From a virus (taxonomy: Duplodnaviria; Caudoviricetes), in the IMG/VR virus record IMGVR_UViG_3300028048_000039, positions 128,001 to 192,000 of that record: a stretch of 64,000 nt of DNA; one strand, 5' to 3'. Shown here one piece after another: positions 10,237 through 20,113 of this stretch. Under the pieces are notes generated by a model. It made no database searches. It saw only the letters and a program-made list of their open reading frames with translations, and was not told where the DNA came from. Position numbers and translations under genes: made by a program. Each line of letters opens with the position of its first letter. Within the stretch, counting starts at the first letter, position 1.

Positions 10237-11336
10237 TATTATATCCAATAAGTGATGTAAATTTATCGCACACATGTTCTAATGGCAATGTGGGCTATAG
10301 CCTTATTAATGACCCAGCATCAACGCCTGATGACGGTTCTTCTTATATATACGCAAGTGTCGGCAGAGGAAGTTCTGAAAACACAACATCAACATTTAAA
10401 GTAAGCGAGTCAAGTATTGATAAAAAATTTGTTTTGTCCGCATTGACTACAACAGTAAGAGCAATGGTATCTAACACCAATTTAAGTGGCTCAGTTCGGA
10501 CTACACTCTCTATTAACGGCGGAACAACAGCAAGTAGTACTCGTTCTAGTAGAATGACTACAAGTTATGCAAACAGTACATATACCTTCACATCGGTTGT
10601 TGGATACAACATGGAGTATAACAACTTTGCCGATGCTAACATTGTTTTGGGGGTGAACTCGAATTCAGTAAATAAGGCTGACAAGGATAATACTTATCAG
10701 TTTCGTATCACACAGGCATATGTAACTGCTACATATATTCCAATACATACATGTAATGCTGTTAATGCGGAAGGATGCACGTCAGTATCGGTTTCTTCAA
10801 ATGAAGTACGAGATGGAAATACATGTACGTTTAATGCAACATTTCCGAATAATTACACCTTCATTGGATGGTACTCTGATTTTGAATGTACAAATCTTGT
10901 TTCAGAAAACGCATCATATACAGCGACAATTACGGGGGATACACAGTTATATGCAAGAGCGGCTATCACTTATGAAATGGTTGCTTATGGGGATGAATAT
11001 TGTACAGTAGAAATATATCCCCATCACGAAGAAATTGGAAAAACAGTAACAGCCACTTGTACTTTGAATGATGACATGAAAGAGTTTGTGGGATGGTATT
11101 CTAACCCTGAAAGGACAAATTTAGTCTCATTGGCAAACCCATATTCCTTTACTGTAACAGGAGCGACAACGTTATATGCTAAATGTCGTCCAAAATATCA
11201 GATGTATCTTAAAATTAACGGAGCGTGGGTGGAATGCTCTGAAGTATATAAGAAAGTAGATGGCGTTTGGGTACTGCAGACAGAATTAGAAGGCTTATTC
11301 GACACAACAAAAAATTATATTAAAAATGACGTTTAA
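10218..11336 (+). CDS. Putative structural/receptor-binding protein with two InlB-B-repeat (Listeria-Bacteroides repeat)-like domains
   Basis: Two 'F.GWYS...TNLVS....Y..T.TG.T.LYA' repeats; C-terminal 'YLKINGAW...YKKVDGVW'. Confidence 0.65.
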   Translation: MATKQVILYPISDVNLSHTCSNGNVGYSLINDPASTPDDGSSYIYASVGRGSSENTTSTFKVSESSIDKKFVLSALTTTVRAMVSNTNLSGSVRTTLSINGGTTASSTRSSRMTTSYANSTYTFTSVVGYNMEYNNFADANIVLGVNSNSVNKADKDNTYQFRITQAYVTATYIPIHTCNAVNAEGCTSVSVSSNEVRDGNTCTFNATFPNNYTFIGWYSDFECTNLVSENASYTATITGDTQLYARAAITYEMVAYGDEYCTVEIYPHHEEIGKTVTATCTLNDDMKEFVGWYSNPERTNLVSLANPYSFTVTGATTLYAKCRPKYQMYLKINGAWVECSEVYKKVDGVWVLQTELEGLFDTTKNYIKNDV

Positions 11337-11338
11337 TT

Positions 11339-12310
11339 ATGGATTCAATACAAACACCTTTAGTTATTAACAAATTGCAAAGTAAAGCAGTTTATGATTG
11401 GTTGGCGAGCCAAGGAATGGTTGGCGTGAATGAGTTATATCTGATTGAGCACGATGATAGCGAAGATGTAACAAGTGTAGAATATGACTCATCAAGAAAA
11501 GTAATAACATATACTGATGAAGGCGGAACCAAGACTGACGTGGTTAGTGTTGCTGCATTAAAAAATGCAATGCAGTTTGCAATTGTTGCATCCGATGGTT
11601 CTTATGACAGTCTTTCTGATAAGCCACAGATAAATGGAGTAACATTGTCGGGAAATAAAGCATCTTCAACATTAGGCATTAGTTATAATGACCTCTCAAA
11701 CCAACCGACAATACCAACAATAACATCTAACTATTCTTCCGAAGATACTGTTAATGGTATAAGTGGAAAGGGCGTTGCAACTGCATTGACTAATTATGTG
11801 CCGACATCAAGACAAGTGACTGGCAGTGGTGCTCTTAATGGTGGTGGCGCATTAAACAGTAATGTTATTATTACACATAAGGACGCCCCTACTGGTTTGT
11901 CACCTGCTGCAGTGAAAATTGCAACTGATAGATATGGCCATGTACAGATAGGTGGCGGTATTAGTGCAAATGACGTAAATGCCGTTTCGAATACTTATAC
12001 AGTTACTGCAACTGCATCTGAGATAGACGGCTCATATGGAAGTGTAATTATATTAGGGCAACAAAGCGAGACTATGGCATTTTCAACCCAACCGATAGAA
12101 GGAACTATTTTAAGAGTATATTGTGTAAATACAACAAACAACAATATTACGTTAACAATCCCGTCTAACCTTGCAACAAATGTCTATTCAAACGGGAGTA
12201 AATTATCTGCTAATGAAAATATTGCCATAGAGGGAAATAAATATAAAGAAATGCGAATTTCAAAATTTATGTATAACGGACAGGCTTATTTGTTTATCAA
12301 TCATAATTAA
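11339..12310 (+). CDS. Putative tail-fibre-like protein
   Basis: 'GSYDSLSDKPQINGVTLSGNK', 'YNDLSNQPTIP', 'TDRYGHV' fibre repeats. Confidence 0.65.
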   Translation: MDSIQTPLVINKLQSKAVYDWLASQGMVGVNELYLIEHDDSEDVTSVEYDSSRKVITYTDEGGTKTDVVSVAALKNAMQFAIVASDGSYDSLSDKPQINGVTLSGNKASSTLGISYNDLSNQPTIPTITSNYSSEDTVNGISGKGVATALTNYVPTSRQVTGSGALNGGGALNSNVIITHKDAPTGLSPAAVKIATDRYGHVQIGGGISANDVNAVSNTYTVTATASEIDGSYGSVIILGQQSETMAFSTQPIEGTILRVYCVNTTNNNITLTIPSNLATNVYSNGSKLSANENIAIEGNKYKEMRISKFMYNGQAYLFINHN

Positions 12311-12340
12311 AATAATTAAACAAACAGTATACTATATTAG

Positions 12341-12371
12341 AAGCCACAGATTTTTCTGTGGTTTTTTTTTT
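12341..12371 (+). terminator. Rho-independent terminator ending the structural operon
   Basis: aagccacaga/tctgtggtt hairpin plus T-tract abutting the next promoter. Confidence 0.75.
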
Positions 12372-12412
12372 GCTTTTTTTCGAAAAAAAATGTATATTTG
12401 CAGAAAAAAGTT

Positions 12413-12709
12413 ATGGAATACATGTTAACTGGAAGTTTTATCTGCAACAGATGCAGAAATTTATGCAAAGGGCCATGTGACAAGCATATTCAGGAAGTGA
12501 TTGCAGGGAATATTACTGATGAGAATAAGGACTTGGTTGGAAGAAAACAAAGGATTATCTGTCTTGGAAAATGGTGCGACAATCCTTGCAGCGAACAGGA
12601 CCTTACACAATATGCCGATGTAGATTTAACGCCGTTTCTTAATCTCATAAAGTATCTTGGGAATAAGTGTAATGAGTTACTTGAAGAAAAGTATGCCAAT
12701 AAAACCTGA
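12413..12709 (+). CDS. Cys-rich hypothetical protein, paralog 1 (see 50725)
   Basis: CNRCRNLCKGPC...CLGKWCDNPC; near-identical to 50725..51015. Confidence 0.75.
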   Translation: MEYMLTGSFICNRCRNLCKGPCDKHIQEVIAGNITDENKDLVGRKQRIICLGKWCDNPCSEQDLTQYADVDLTPFLNLIKYLGNKCNELLEEKYANKT

Positions 12710-13010
12710 AAATAAGGCTCGTTATCCGAAGAACTGGAAAGAAATCAGAGCATCTATCTTGCAAAGAGCAAACAACAAGTGCGAGTTTTGCGGGATAGAG
12801 AACTATTCTATCAGAGAAAATGGAAGCAAAGTTGTGCTGACGATTGCTCATCTTGACCATACACCTGAGAACTGCGACCCAGAAAATCTTAGAGCATTAT
12901 GTCAGAAATGCCACAATACCTATGATGCAGAGCATAGAAAGGAGACGAGACGGAAAAGTCGTAATGTAGATGAGCCATTTGAAGCAGAAATAACTATTAG
13001 AAGTAAATAA
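12693..13010 (+). CDS. HNH endonuclease
   Basis: CEFC, 'LTIAHLDH.PENC...NLRALCQKCHN.YD'. Confidence 0.85.
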   Translation: MPIKPENKARYPKNWKEIRASILQRANNKCEFCGIENYSIRENGSKVVLTIAHLDHTPENCDPENLRALCQKCHNTYDAEHRKETRRKSRNVDEPFEAEITIRSK

Positions 13011-13011
13011 A

Positions 13012-13386
13012 ATGAAAACACGTACACTAAAATCTCTTTTTGATAAGGAAGACGATACTGCCTATGTCCTTGAAACACTCGAAGATTGGGATGAATATGA
13101 GAAATACCTTAATGATTTAGACCCAGACTATATCAAAAAGTACAATCCTAACTTCTATCAGTTCAAGGAAGATTTTAAGAAATATATTGGTAAAATTTGG
13201 CAAGATAGGTCACAGATAAGATATCTTTTCAACGGAGTTCCTGTCTATGTAGAGTATAGGATAATCGCTCTTGAAGATAATAATCCTTTTTTGGATTGGT
13301 ACTGGGTTGTTCAGAATGTGAATGACGACAAGGATACTAGACGCATTCTTGCCTTGCTGGATATAAAAGATGATATTAAGGAATAA
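13012..13386 (+). CDS. Hypothetical protein
   Basis: Packed operon ORF. Confidence 0.65.
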   Translation: MKTRTLKSLFDKEDDTAYVLETLEDWDEYEKYLNDLDPDYIKKYNPNFYQFKEDFKKYIGKIWQDRSQIRYLFNGVPVYVEYRIIALEDNNPFLDWYWVVQNVNDDKDTRRILALLDIKDDIKE

Positions 13387-13388
13387 TT

Positions 13389-13805
13389 ATGACACAGGAA
13401 GATAAGCAATTATTACTCAAAGACCTTTGTGCAAGGTTGCCTTATAGGACTAAAATACATATTATAGGAGGAGGCGGAGAAGAAATAGATGCTGACTTAA
13501 CTACCTCTGCTATTGTCTATTTTGAGAGTTGGACTGTTCAACCATATCTCCGCCCAATGTCTTCTATGACTGAGAATGAACGGAAAGAGTTCATTAAATG
13601 TGCGGGGTATGAAATTGAAGAATCCGTCAATGGGAGACATCATGAATACTTTCTAAAAGACTTTTGTGGCACACCAGACAATCCATCTGTCAATGCAGAA
13701 GGGGTTGATTGGCTTAACTCCCATCATTTTGATTTTAGAGATTTAATTGAAAAAGGACTTGCACTGGAATTACCAAAAGATATGTATAAGGAGGAATGGT
13801 TATGA
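13389..13805 (+). CDS. Family A (LLLKDLCARLPY / PYLRPMSSMT / HHFDxRGLI) paralog 1
   Basis: Three conserved blocks shared with 22750, 31355, 32076, 32909, 36592. Confidence 0.8.
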   Translation: MTQEDKQLLLKDLCARLPYRTKIHIIGGGGEEIDADLTTSAIVYFESWTVQPYLRPMSSMTENERKEFIKCAGYEIEESVNGRHHEYFLKDFCGTPDNPSVNAEGVDWLNSHHFDFRDLIEKGLALELPKDMYKEEWL

Positions 13806-14122
13806 AATACATTAATGCAGATAAACTGAAAGTCGAGATAGAAAGACGAATGAATAAACATTGGGAAGAACTTCCAGATGCTGATTCGCCAGAAGACGAT
13901 TGGACACATAATGAACTATGTGAATTAGGCGCATACAAAGAGTTGGAACATATTGAGGATTTCATCGACTCTCTCCAGCAGGAGGGAAAAAGTGTTGCTG
14001 AAAGATTCGCAAGAATAGTTCGTGGGAATCTAATCGGAATAGACAAAGAGGTGCAACAAAAGTTTGAGCAACTTTATTTTGAAGTTACAGGAAATAAAAT
14101 GTATGGAGGGTACAATGACTAA
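13802..14122 (+). CDS. Family E (YIDADKL..IDSLQQE) paralog
   Basis: Shared N-terminus and IDSLQQE block. Confidence 0.7.
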   Translation: MKYINADKLKVEIERRMNKHWEELPDADSPEDDWTHNELCELGAYKELEHIEDFIDSLQQEGKSVAERFARIVRGNLIGIDKEVQQKFEQLYFEVTGNKMYGGYND

Positions 14123-14717
14123 CTATATTGACACAGATAAACTGAAATCTATACTTAGAGAAAGGTATAACACCAACAAATTAGGGCAACATAGTCCTTT
14201 CCGACATGGGAAAGTCGAAGCATTGAAAGAGGTTATCGAACTTATCAACTCTCTCCAGCAGGAACAGCCAGAGCCATCAAATAATTTGGTAGATGTCGAT
14301 GCAGTGAGAGAAGACTTTATAACGGAAATCTATCGTGTACTTGATGCTGATTCTACAAACGATAGAGCGAATGCGATAATTGACGCATTTGATTCTTTGC
14401 CAACAGTTTCTCAGGAGCAGCCGGAGGCTGAGTTGTATAATAATGGCTGGATAGATTGCACAAAGCAAATGCCAAAAGAAACAAAACAATGGTCGGATAC
14501 AATGCAAGGACATAAAGAGTGGACTGAAAGTGATAGGGTTCTTGTGTGGGATTCAATGTATGGATGTGGAGTAGATGCTACAAAGAATGGTAAGTGGATA
14601 TCGGAACAGAGAAACGGTTATACTGGGCAAGTTGTTCATGGCATCATAGCCTGGAGACCAATACCAGAGTTTAATGAAGAACTTTTGTTTAATGAAAGAA
14701 AAGAGAAAAGAAAGTAA
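14115..14717 (+). CDS. Family E paralog with C-terminal DUF551-like module
   Basis: 'INSLQQEQPE'; 'WIDC...MP' ... 'IAWRPIPE'. Confidence 0.7.
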   Translation: MTNYIDTDKLKSILRERYNTNKLGQHSPFRHGKVEALKEVIELINSLQQEQPEPSNNLVDVDAVREDFITEIYRVLDADSTNDRANAIIDAFDSLPTVSQEQPEAELYNNGWIDCTKQMPKETKQWSDTMQGHKEWTESDRVLVWDSMYGCGVDATKNGKWISEQRNGYTGQVVHGIIAWRPIPEFNEELLFNERKEKRK

Positions 14718-14719
14718 CT

Positions 14720-15166
14720 ATGAAAATTGACACTATTGATGAGATTCGCACCGAGATTGAACGAAGATTCTCGGAGTACAACCATAACTCAAACCATCAT
14801 ATCCAAGCAGCAGAGTGTGCAAGTATTCTTGACTTCATCGACTTTCTCCAGCAGGAACAGCCAGAGGAAATATGTTCCAAATGCATCCATCATAGAAAAA
14901 ATGATGATTGTTATTATCCATATGGCGGAATGCAGAGGCGGATAAATGAAAATGGAGTATATGAATGTACAGGGTTTTGTGAGAAAGAACAGGAGCAGTC
15001 AGAAGTGGATTTGGAGAAGGAAATAGATATGTTTGTTGATGGGTGGAGTATTGACGAAGACCTTGGACTTGTAAATGATGAAGGTTGGTCTGTAACTGTT
15101 GGAGACATTAAAAAGGTCGCCCGTCACTTCTACGAACTTGGGCTTAAAGCAAGAAAGGGGGAATAA
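14720..15166 (+). CDS. Family E paralog
   Basis: 'IDFLQQEQPE', 'VDLEKE', 'ARHFYELG'. Confidence 0.7.
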   Translation: MKIDTIDEIRTEIERRFSEYNHNSNHHIQAAECASILDFIDFLQQEQPEEICSKCIHHRKNDDCYYPYGGMQRRINENGVYECTGFCEKEQEQSEVDLEKEIDMFVDGWSIDEDLGLVNDEGWSVTVGDIKKVARHFYELGLKARKGE

Positions 15167-15168
15167 TT

Positions 15169-15564
15169 ATGGGATATATTGATGCAGAAGAACTGAAAGA
15201 AAGAGTAACAGAACTTATTGCAAGTACCAGACAAAAGGATTGGCCGATTGCAGAATATTACTTGAAAAGCGTAATTGACATTATAGATTCTCTCCATCAG
15301 GAGCAAACGGAGGTGGACTTGGAGAAGGAAGTTGAAAAATTTTGTCTTGAATATGATTCAAGAAAAGAAGTGTGGTTTGATATGACTCCAAGGGACAAGA
15401 AAATGTTGAGTATTCCAACATGGAGTAATTTTGCTGCAAATATCGCCCGTCACTTCTACGAACTTGGTAAAAAAGGAAATAAAGAACTAAATAAGAAATC
15501 TAAGGGTTCTAATGATTCCGATATGGGAAGCCCTTGGAGAAATCGCATAATAGAAGAATTGTGA
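15169..15564 (+). CDS. Family E paralog
   Basis: 'IDSLHQEQ', 'VDLEKE', 'ARHFYELG'. Confidence 0.7.
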   Translation: MGYIDAEELKERVTELIASTRQKDWPIAEYYLKSVIDIIDSLHQEQTEVDLEKEVEKFCLEYDSRKEVWFDMTPRDKKMLSIPTWSNFAANIARHFYELGKKGNKELNKKSKGSNDSDMGSPWRNRIIEEL

Positions 15565-15566
15565 AT

Positions 15567-15959
15567 ATGAGTAAATTGAGAGAAAAAGTGGCGGGCTTGT
15601 TATTGAACCTCGCCAGGAAAGTTGATGACAAGACTGTTGAAAGTAAATGCACCTATCCTGCCGCACAGTTACATTTTCTGGACAGTCCACCAATCATAAC
15701 ATATGACAAGTATCATGTAGAGAAGATTCATGCCCAATATAAGATGAGTGATGCAGTATTAAATGCACATAGACATAATTTTAGCTATAATATTGATGAC
15801 ACAATAAGACGTGAACTTATTGATGAAATAAGCAAAATGATTTATGACAGTCATAAAGATGATGTGAAAGAAACATTACAAGCTGATAGTCCTTATAATC
15901 CATCTACATTATTTACATTGGATGTATATATTTGCAAACCACAGAAAAAAGAGAGGTAG
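15567..15959 (+). CDS. Hypothetical protein
   Basis: ATG at 15567 follows the previous stop. Confidence 0.6.
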   Translation: MSKLREKVAGLLLNLARKVDDKTVESKCTYPAAQLHFLDSPPIITYDKYHVEKIHAQYKMSDAVLNAHRHNFSYNIDDTIRRELIDEISKMIYDSHKDDVKETLQADSPYNPSTLFTLDVYICKPQKKER

Positions 15960-15962
15960 GGT

Positions 15963-16145
15963 ATGATTTGGCTAATAATTTATTTAATCGGTGTATTAGT
16001 TGTATTGCTGATGTGTGGAAAATCAATAATTACAACACCTTTCAAGACTTGGGTCCCGAAATTAGTGGCAAAGATGATTTGCTTTATCTTACTTTCTTGG
16101 GTGTTCGTTACAATCTTTGCAATAAAAATGGCTTGGGAAAATTAA
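15963..16145 (+). CDS. Small two-TM membrane protein
   Basis: Two hydrophobic segments. Confidence 0.55.
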   Translation: MIWLIIYLIGVLVVLLMCGKSIITTPFKTWVPKLVAKMICFILLSWVFVTIFAIKMAWEN

Positions 16146-16158
16146 AAGGAGGAAGTAA

Positions 16159-16353
16159 ATGAAAGTAATAAGAATACCTCAACCGAAAGATAGTTGGGAA
16201 GACAATCCTTGTTATGACTGCTGTTTTGGAGTAGATGGAGAATGTAATGCTCCACAAGAAATAATAGACTCTGATGAAGAATGTGGTTTTTCTTGGAATA
16301 AGCCAAATTATGTATATAAACAGGTAGAAGATGGAAAAGGAGGTAGCAAATGA
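16159..16353 (+). CDS. Small Cys-rich hypothetical protein
   Basis: CYDCC..C..C; GGAGG SD; ends GGSK with ATGA overlap. Confidence 0.6.
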   Translation: MKVIRIPQPKDSWEDNPCYDCCFGVDGECNAPQEIIDSDEECGFSWNKPNYVYKQVEDGKGGSK

Positions 16354-16499
16354 AAACGGCAAGAATAAAGGATTATAGTCTTTTTATAGGCAGAAATCTT
16401 GTGACAGAACGAAAGTTACCAGAACCTTGGGGATTGCTTTTATATCTTTCTTGGTTTCAACTTGATTTTAATGATTATATTAAGGATAAGGAGGAATAA
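16350..16499 (+). CDS. Small hypothetical protein (MKTARIKDY...)
   Basis: 49-codon ORF with SD, fills the gap. Confidence 0.55.
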   Translation: MKTARIKDYSLFIGRNLVTERKLPEPWGLLLYLSWFQLDFNDYIKDKEE

Positions 16500-16501
16500 T
16501 T

Positions 16502-16873
16502 ATGGAAAATAAAGAATATATTACTAAAACTGCAATCTGCATAACCATTCCTAAATCAATTAAATGGGATGATTATAAGAAAGAAATTGATACTGTTGCC
16601 GATTGGAGTCAGGAGATGAATTTCAAGGTGAATAACCTACCCACGAAAGTAAAACCAGGCGATAGATGCTATCTCTGCTATGATGGGAATATCATTGGTT
16701 GGATGACAATATCTTCTCTTGGAGAGAAACAATTTCAATGTACTACGACAGGCAAAGATTGGGAGAAAGGGAATTATATTTCACGCAGTGGCCCTTTCCA
16801 TAAGATTAATCCTGTTCCTTGTAAGGGCTTTAGGGGATTCAAATATATTACCTACAAGGTAAAGAACAAATAA
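16502..16873 (+). CDS. ASCH/EVE (PUA-like) domain protein
   Basis: 'KPGDRCYLCY.G.IIG' and C-terminal 'P.PCKGFRGFKY'. Confidence 0.55.
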   Translation: MENKEYITKTAICITIPKSIKWDDYKKEIDTVADWSQEMNFKVNNLPTKVKPGDRCYLCYDGNIIGWMTISSLGEKQFQCTTTGKDWEKGNYISRSGPFHKINPVPCKGFRGFKYITYKVKNK

Positions 16874-16967
16874 TTTGGATATTCTGTCAAAAGTTTGTTA
16901 CTTTGAAAAACTTTTTATATATTTGCAGAAAAGAATTGTTGTTGTTAAATTAAAAAGAAAAAAAATT

Positions 16968-17405
16968 ATGTGCTTAAAGATTAGAAAGAATGCAAAGGTA
17001 AAGACTGCAGAGAAAGATATCGTTTGCTATAAGGTTGTAGAGAAACTGGCTAAATCCGGGTATGTAACTCCGTTCTTTAATATGCCTATTTCTATTGGAG
17101 AAGAATATGGGGATGTAAGTTTGGAGAAAAAAGGTAATATATATGAAGTTGTTGTAGAAGAAGGGTATCATTCCTTAAAAACATTTGAAGATGCTGCGAA
17201 TTATGCAGCGATGTTGATGCTTGTTCGTCATGTTTCCTTTACCATTATTAAATGTGTTATTCCAAAAGGAGCAAAATACTATGATGGGATGACTCCAATA
17301 TTTGGCTACAAACTTTATAATAGTTATGCTTCAGATAAAATAAGATATACTGATGTAGTTTATGAGGATAGGGAAAAAGATTATAGTATAATTAAATATG
17401 TATAA
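16968..17405 (+). CDS. Family B (MCL..A.EDI.CYKV / GFHSF / KC.IPKG) paralog
   Basis: Shared motifs with 8 other copies. Confidence 0.8.
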   Translation: MCLKIRKNAKVKTAEKDIVCYKVVEKLAKSGYVTPFFNMPISIGEEYGDVSLEKKGNIYEVVVEEGYHSLKTFEDAANYAAMLMLVRHVSFTIIKCVIPKGAKYYDGMTPIFGYKLYNSYASDKIRYTDVVYEDREKDYSIIKYV

Positions 17406-17407
17406 AT

Positions 17408-19189
17408 ATGGCAAATGTATTTACAAAATCAGAAGAGTTTAAGTCAGAATACTCTTGCGCAGTAGTGAAGGTAGGAGAACTTACACCTATTGAAGGTTCT
17501 GACTTTCTTGCTAAGACACTCGTCCTTGGAACACAAATAGTGGTAAGGCGTGATTTTATTAAACCTGGTGACACAATGATATATTGTGCAAACGAGACAC
17601 AGTTGAATGAGAGATTCCTTTCTGTTAATAATCTTTTTGAGATTAGTTGCAGGGAGAAGAACGCTAATGCTGAAGAGGTTGCCAAGATTATGGAAGAATA
17701 TGCTCCAATTAAGGCAAAGGCTGATAAGATGCGTAATGAAGCGAAGAACATTAAAGGTGTTATGGAAAGCAAGACCAATTTTTCCAACAAACTTACAAAG
17801 AAAGCAGACAAGTTGGAAAAGAAACTGTCTGAAATGGAGTTAGGCACTGCAGAATATGAAACGCTCAAGGCAGACATTGCGGACAAAAGAAAATCTGCTG
17901 AGAAAGCCCTTTCCGAAGCGATGTCACTTACTACCAAATATACTAATCTTAAGAAGGACATTGAGGACCTTGTAAATTCAGGAAAGCATATTGTTGATGA
18001 AGCGAAGAAGCATTGCGGATTCTTTAACAAGTATGGCAGGGTGCGTTGTATTACACTGAAAGGAACCCCATCATTCGGTTTCTTGTTTTCCCCTGAAGAA
18101 CTCTTCAAGTTTGATAACACCGTCACTATGGAAGATATTGAGGATTGTATAGGCCAGGAGTTTGATACTATTAATGGAGAACTGTTTGTTAAGGTATTTA
18201 TTCCGCCAATGCCGAAAGAAAGCAGAAGAGACAATGCAAACAAGGCACAGAAGAAGATAAAGAGATTTGACAGGATGATTGATGGAGAATTCTTCTTCCA
18301 CTATGACACCACACAGTTGGAAAAGACTATTAATCAGTTCAAGCCAGAAGATGTCATTGATGTATCAATTAAGATTCACGGCACATCATCCATTTTTGCA
18401 AAGGTAAAAGTCAAGAAACCTATTCATTGGAAGACAATTCTCTTTAGTCCTTGGAACTTTGCCATGAGACTATTCCATCTTCCTATGGTTAAGACATATA
18501 AGGTTGAGTATGGCCCAGTTTATTCTTCAAGGACAGTAATCAAGAACCGCTATATTAATTCAAGCACAAATGGTGGCTATTATAATGCAGATATTTGGAC
18601 TGAATACGGAGATATTATCTATCCTTATCTTGATGAAGGTATGACTGTTTATGGTGAAATTTTTGGGTATATCACAGAAAGTGATAAACCAATACAGAAG
18701 ACTTATGATTACGGGTGCGACAAGGGTGAAAACAAAATTATGTTCTACCGAGTGACCAAAGATGAAGATGGCAATAAAAGAGAATGGGAAGTTCAGGAAG
18801 TATTTGAATGGACAAAAGATTTGATTGAAAGGATGAAAGCCAACAATGATGAAAATTGGAAGAAAATACACCCGATTGATATCCTTTATCATGGTACATT
18901 GGAAGACCTCTACCCGGACATTGATACTGAAAATCATTGGCACGAGAATGTCCTTGAGAAATTGAAAAATGACAAGGAACATTTTGGAATGGAAGAAGAT
19001 GAACCGCTTTGTATTTATCATCAGGTTCCGAGGGAAGGAATATGTGTAAGAAAATATGCTGACCCAATTAGAGAATGCTATAAGTTGAAGACAATAAGCT
19101 TTAAGTTAGGGGAAGCGATTCGCTATGACTCCAATGATGTGGATATAGAAGCAGTAGAAGGTTATTCAGAAGACCCTAACGAAAGTTAG
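17408..19189 (+). CDS. ATP-dependent RNA ligase (Rnl2/DRB0094-like) with coiled-coil insertion
   Basis: N-terminal 'LTPIEGSDFL', motif I KIHGTS, 'YGEIFG', 'REGIC', 'YKLK'. Confidence 0.8.
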   Translation: MANVFTKSEEFKSEYSCAVVKVGELTPIEGSDFLAKTLVLGTQIVVRRDFIKPGDTMIYCANETQLNERFLSVNNLFEISCREKNANAEEVAKIMEEYAPIKAKADKMRNEAKNIKGVMESKTNFSNKLTKKADKLEKKLSEMELGTAEYETLKADIADKRKSAEKALSEAMSLTTKYTNLKKDIEDLVNSGKHIVDEAKKHCGFFNKYGRVRCITLKGTPSFGFLFSPEELFKFDNTVTMEDIEDCIGQEFDTINGELFVKVFIPPMPKESRRDNANKAQKKIKRFDRMIDGEFFFHYDTTQLEKTINQFKPEDVIDVSIKIHGTSSIFAKVKVKKPIHWKTILFSPWNFAMRLFHLPMVKTYKVEYGPVYSSRTVIKNRYINSSTNGGYYNADIWTEYGDIIYPYLDEGMTVYGEIFGYITESDKPIQKTYDYGCDKGENKIMFYRVTKDEDGNKREWEVQEVFEWTKDLIERMKANNDENWKKIHPIDILYHGTLEDLYPDIDTENHWHENVLEKLKNDKEHFGMEEDEPLCIYHQVPREGICVRKYADPIRECYKLKTISFKLGEAIRYDSNDVDIEAVEGYSEDPNES

Positions 19190-19257
19190 GGTTTTTTGTT
19201 TTTTAGAAAAAGTTTTTGTATATTTGCACTAGAAATTAATATAAGGAGGAACATAAG

Positions 19258-19368
19258 ATGTGGAATGTACTTTGGAATGAAGAAATCGAAAAATTTATCG
19301 ATGAAACCATCAAGGATGGCGCTGAAATTCATATTACAATAAGTAGAAAAGAGGAAAAAAAAAAATAA
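19258..19368 (+). CDS. Small hypothetical protein
   Basis: 36 codons; AAGGAGG SD after the promoter at 19219. Confidence 0.5.
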   Translation: MWNVLWNEEIEKFIDETIKDGAEIHITISRKEEKKK

Positions 19369-19407
19369 AAATAATGTTTAACTTTTAAATTTAAGGAGGA
19401 ATAGTTT

Positions 19408-19737
19408 ATGATTACATTTCTTATTTTCGTAGCCATCTTTTTTAGTATTGTTGGTGGCTTCTTTCTCGGTAACTTTATTGAGTGCCTATTGGATGCATTG
19501 GAGGGGAGGGCTGTAATGTATAACATTGCCGGGATAATAATTGCTCTCATTGGTTTATCATCCTGTGCATTTTTAATCTGTGGTAGTGTAAAGGCAATTA
19601 ATAAGGTTGAGGAACAGAAGAAGGAAAGCATTAAGATTGAAACAGGGGTAGCTCCTCAGGTGGATACCACCATTAATATCAAGGATGGTCTTAAGGACAC
19701 AATTTATGTTTATCACTTTAAAGAAGTGGAGGACTAA
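19408..19737 (+). CDS. Two-TM membrane protein (trio member 1)
   Basis: 2 TM; C-terminal 'DTIYVY'. Confidence 0.7.
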   Translation: MITFLIFVAIFFSIVGGFFLGNFIECLLDALEGRAVMYNIAGIIIALIGLSSCAFLICGSVKAINKVEEQKKESIKIETGVAPQVDTTINIKDGLKDTIYVYHFKEVED

Positions 19738-19739
19738 CT

Positions 19740-20111
19740 ATGGAATGTATTATTAGTGGAATTATTCTTTTAATCTTGGCAATTTTCTTTGTCTTCTGTT
19801 TCTTTTGGCTGATTGGACCTATCGTTGATGGGGTGCATGACAAAGACCATGACAAGGCATTTGCAGGAATTATGGCGATGATTGGCGCCTGTGTTACCTT
19901 CATCCTCTTGGTACATCTTGGGAGCAGTTTAATAAAGAAAGGAACTGCTGAAGAGAACGCAACAAAGGAACCAAAGGTGGAACTGAACAGAACTGTTGAA
20001 TATTATCGTGCTGTGGTTGATACGGTTATCAACACTACAACCAATGACACGACATTTGTAGAACATTTGGAGAAAATAAATGATTTAAATTATCAAAAAA
20101 ATATCGACTAA
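19740..20111 (+). CDS. Two-TM membrane protein (trio member 2)
   Basis: 2 TM; 'VDTVI...DTTFV'. Confidence 0.7.
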   Translation: MECIISGIILLILAIFFVFCFFWLIGPIVDGVHDKDHDKAFAGIMAMIGACVTFILLVHLGSSLIKKGTAEENATKEPKVELNRTVEYYRAVVDTVINTTTNDTTFVEHLEKINDLNYQKNID

Positions 20112-20113
20112 TT

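Noticed and set aside
17392-18243. 283-aa antisense ORF
   Set aside because: Shadow of the RNA ligase coiled-coil; no start context
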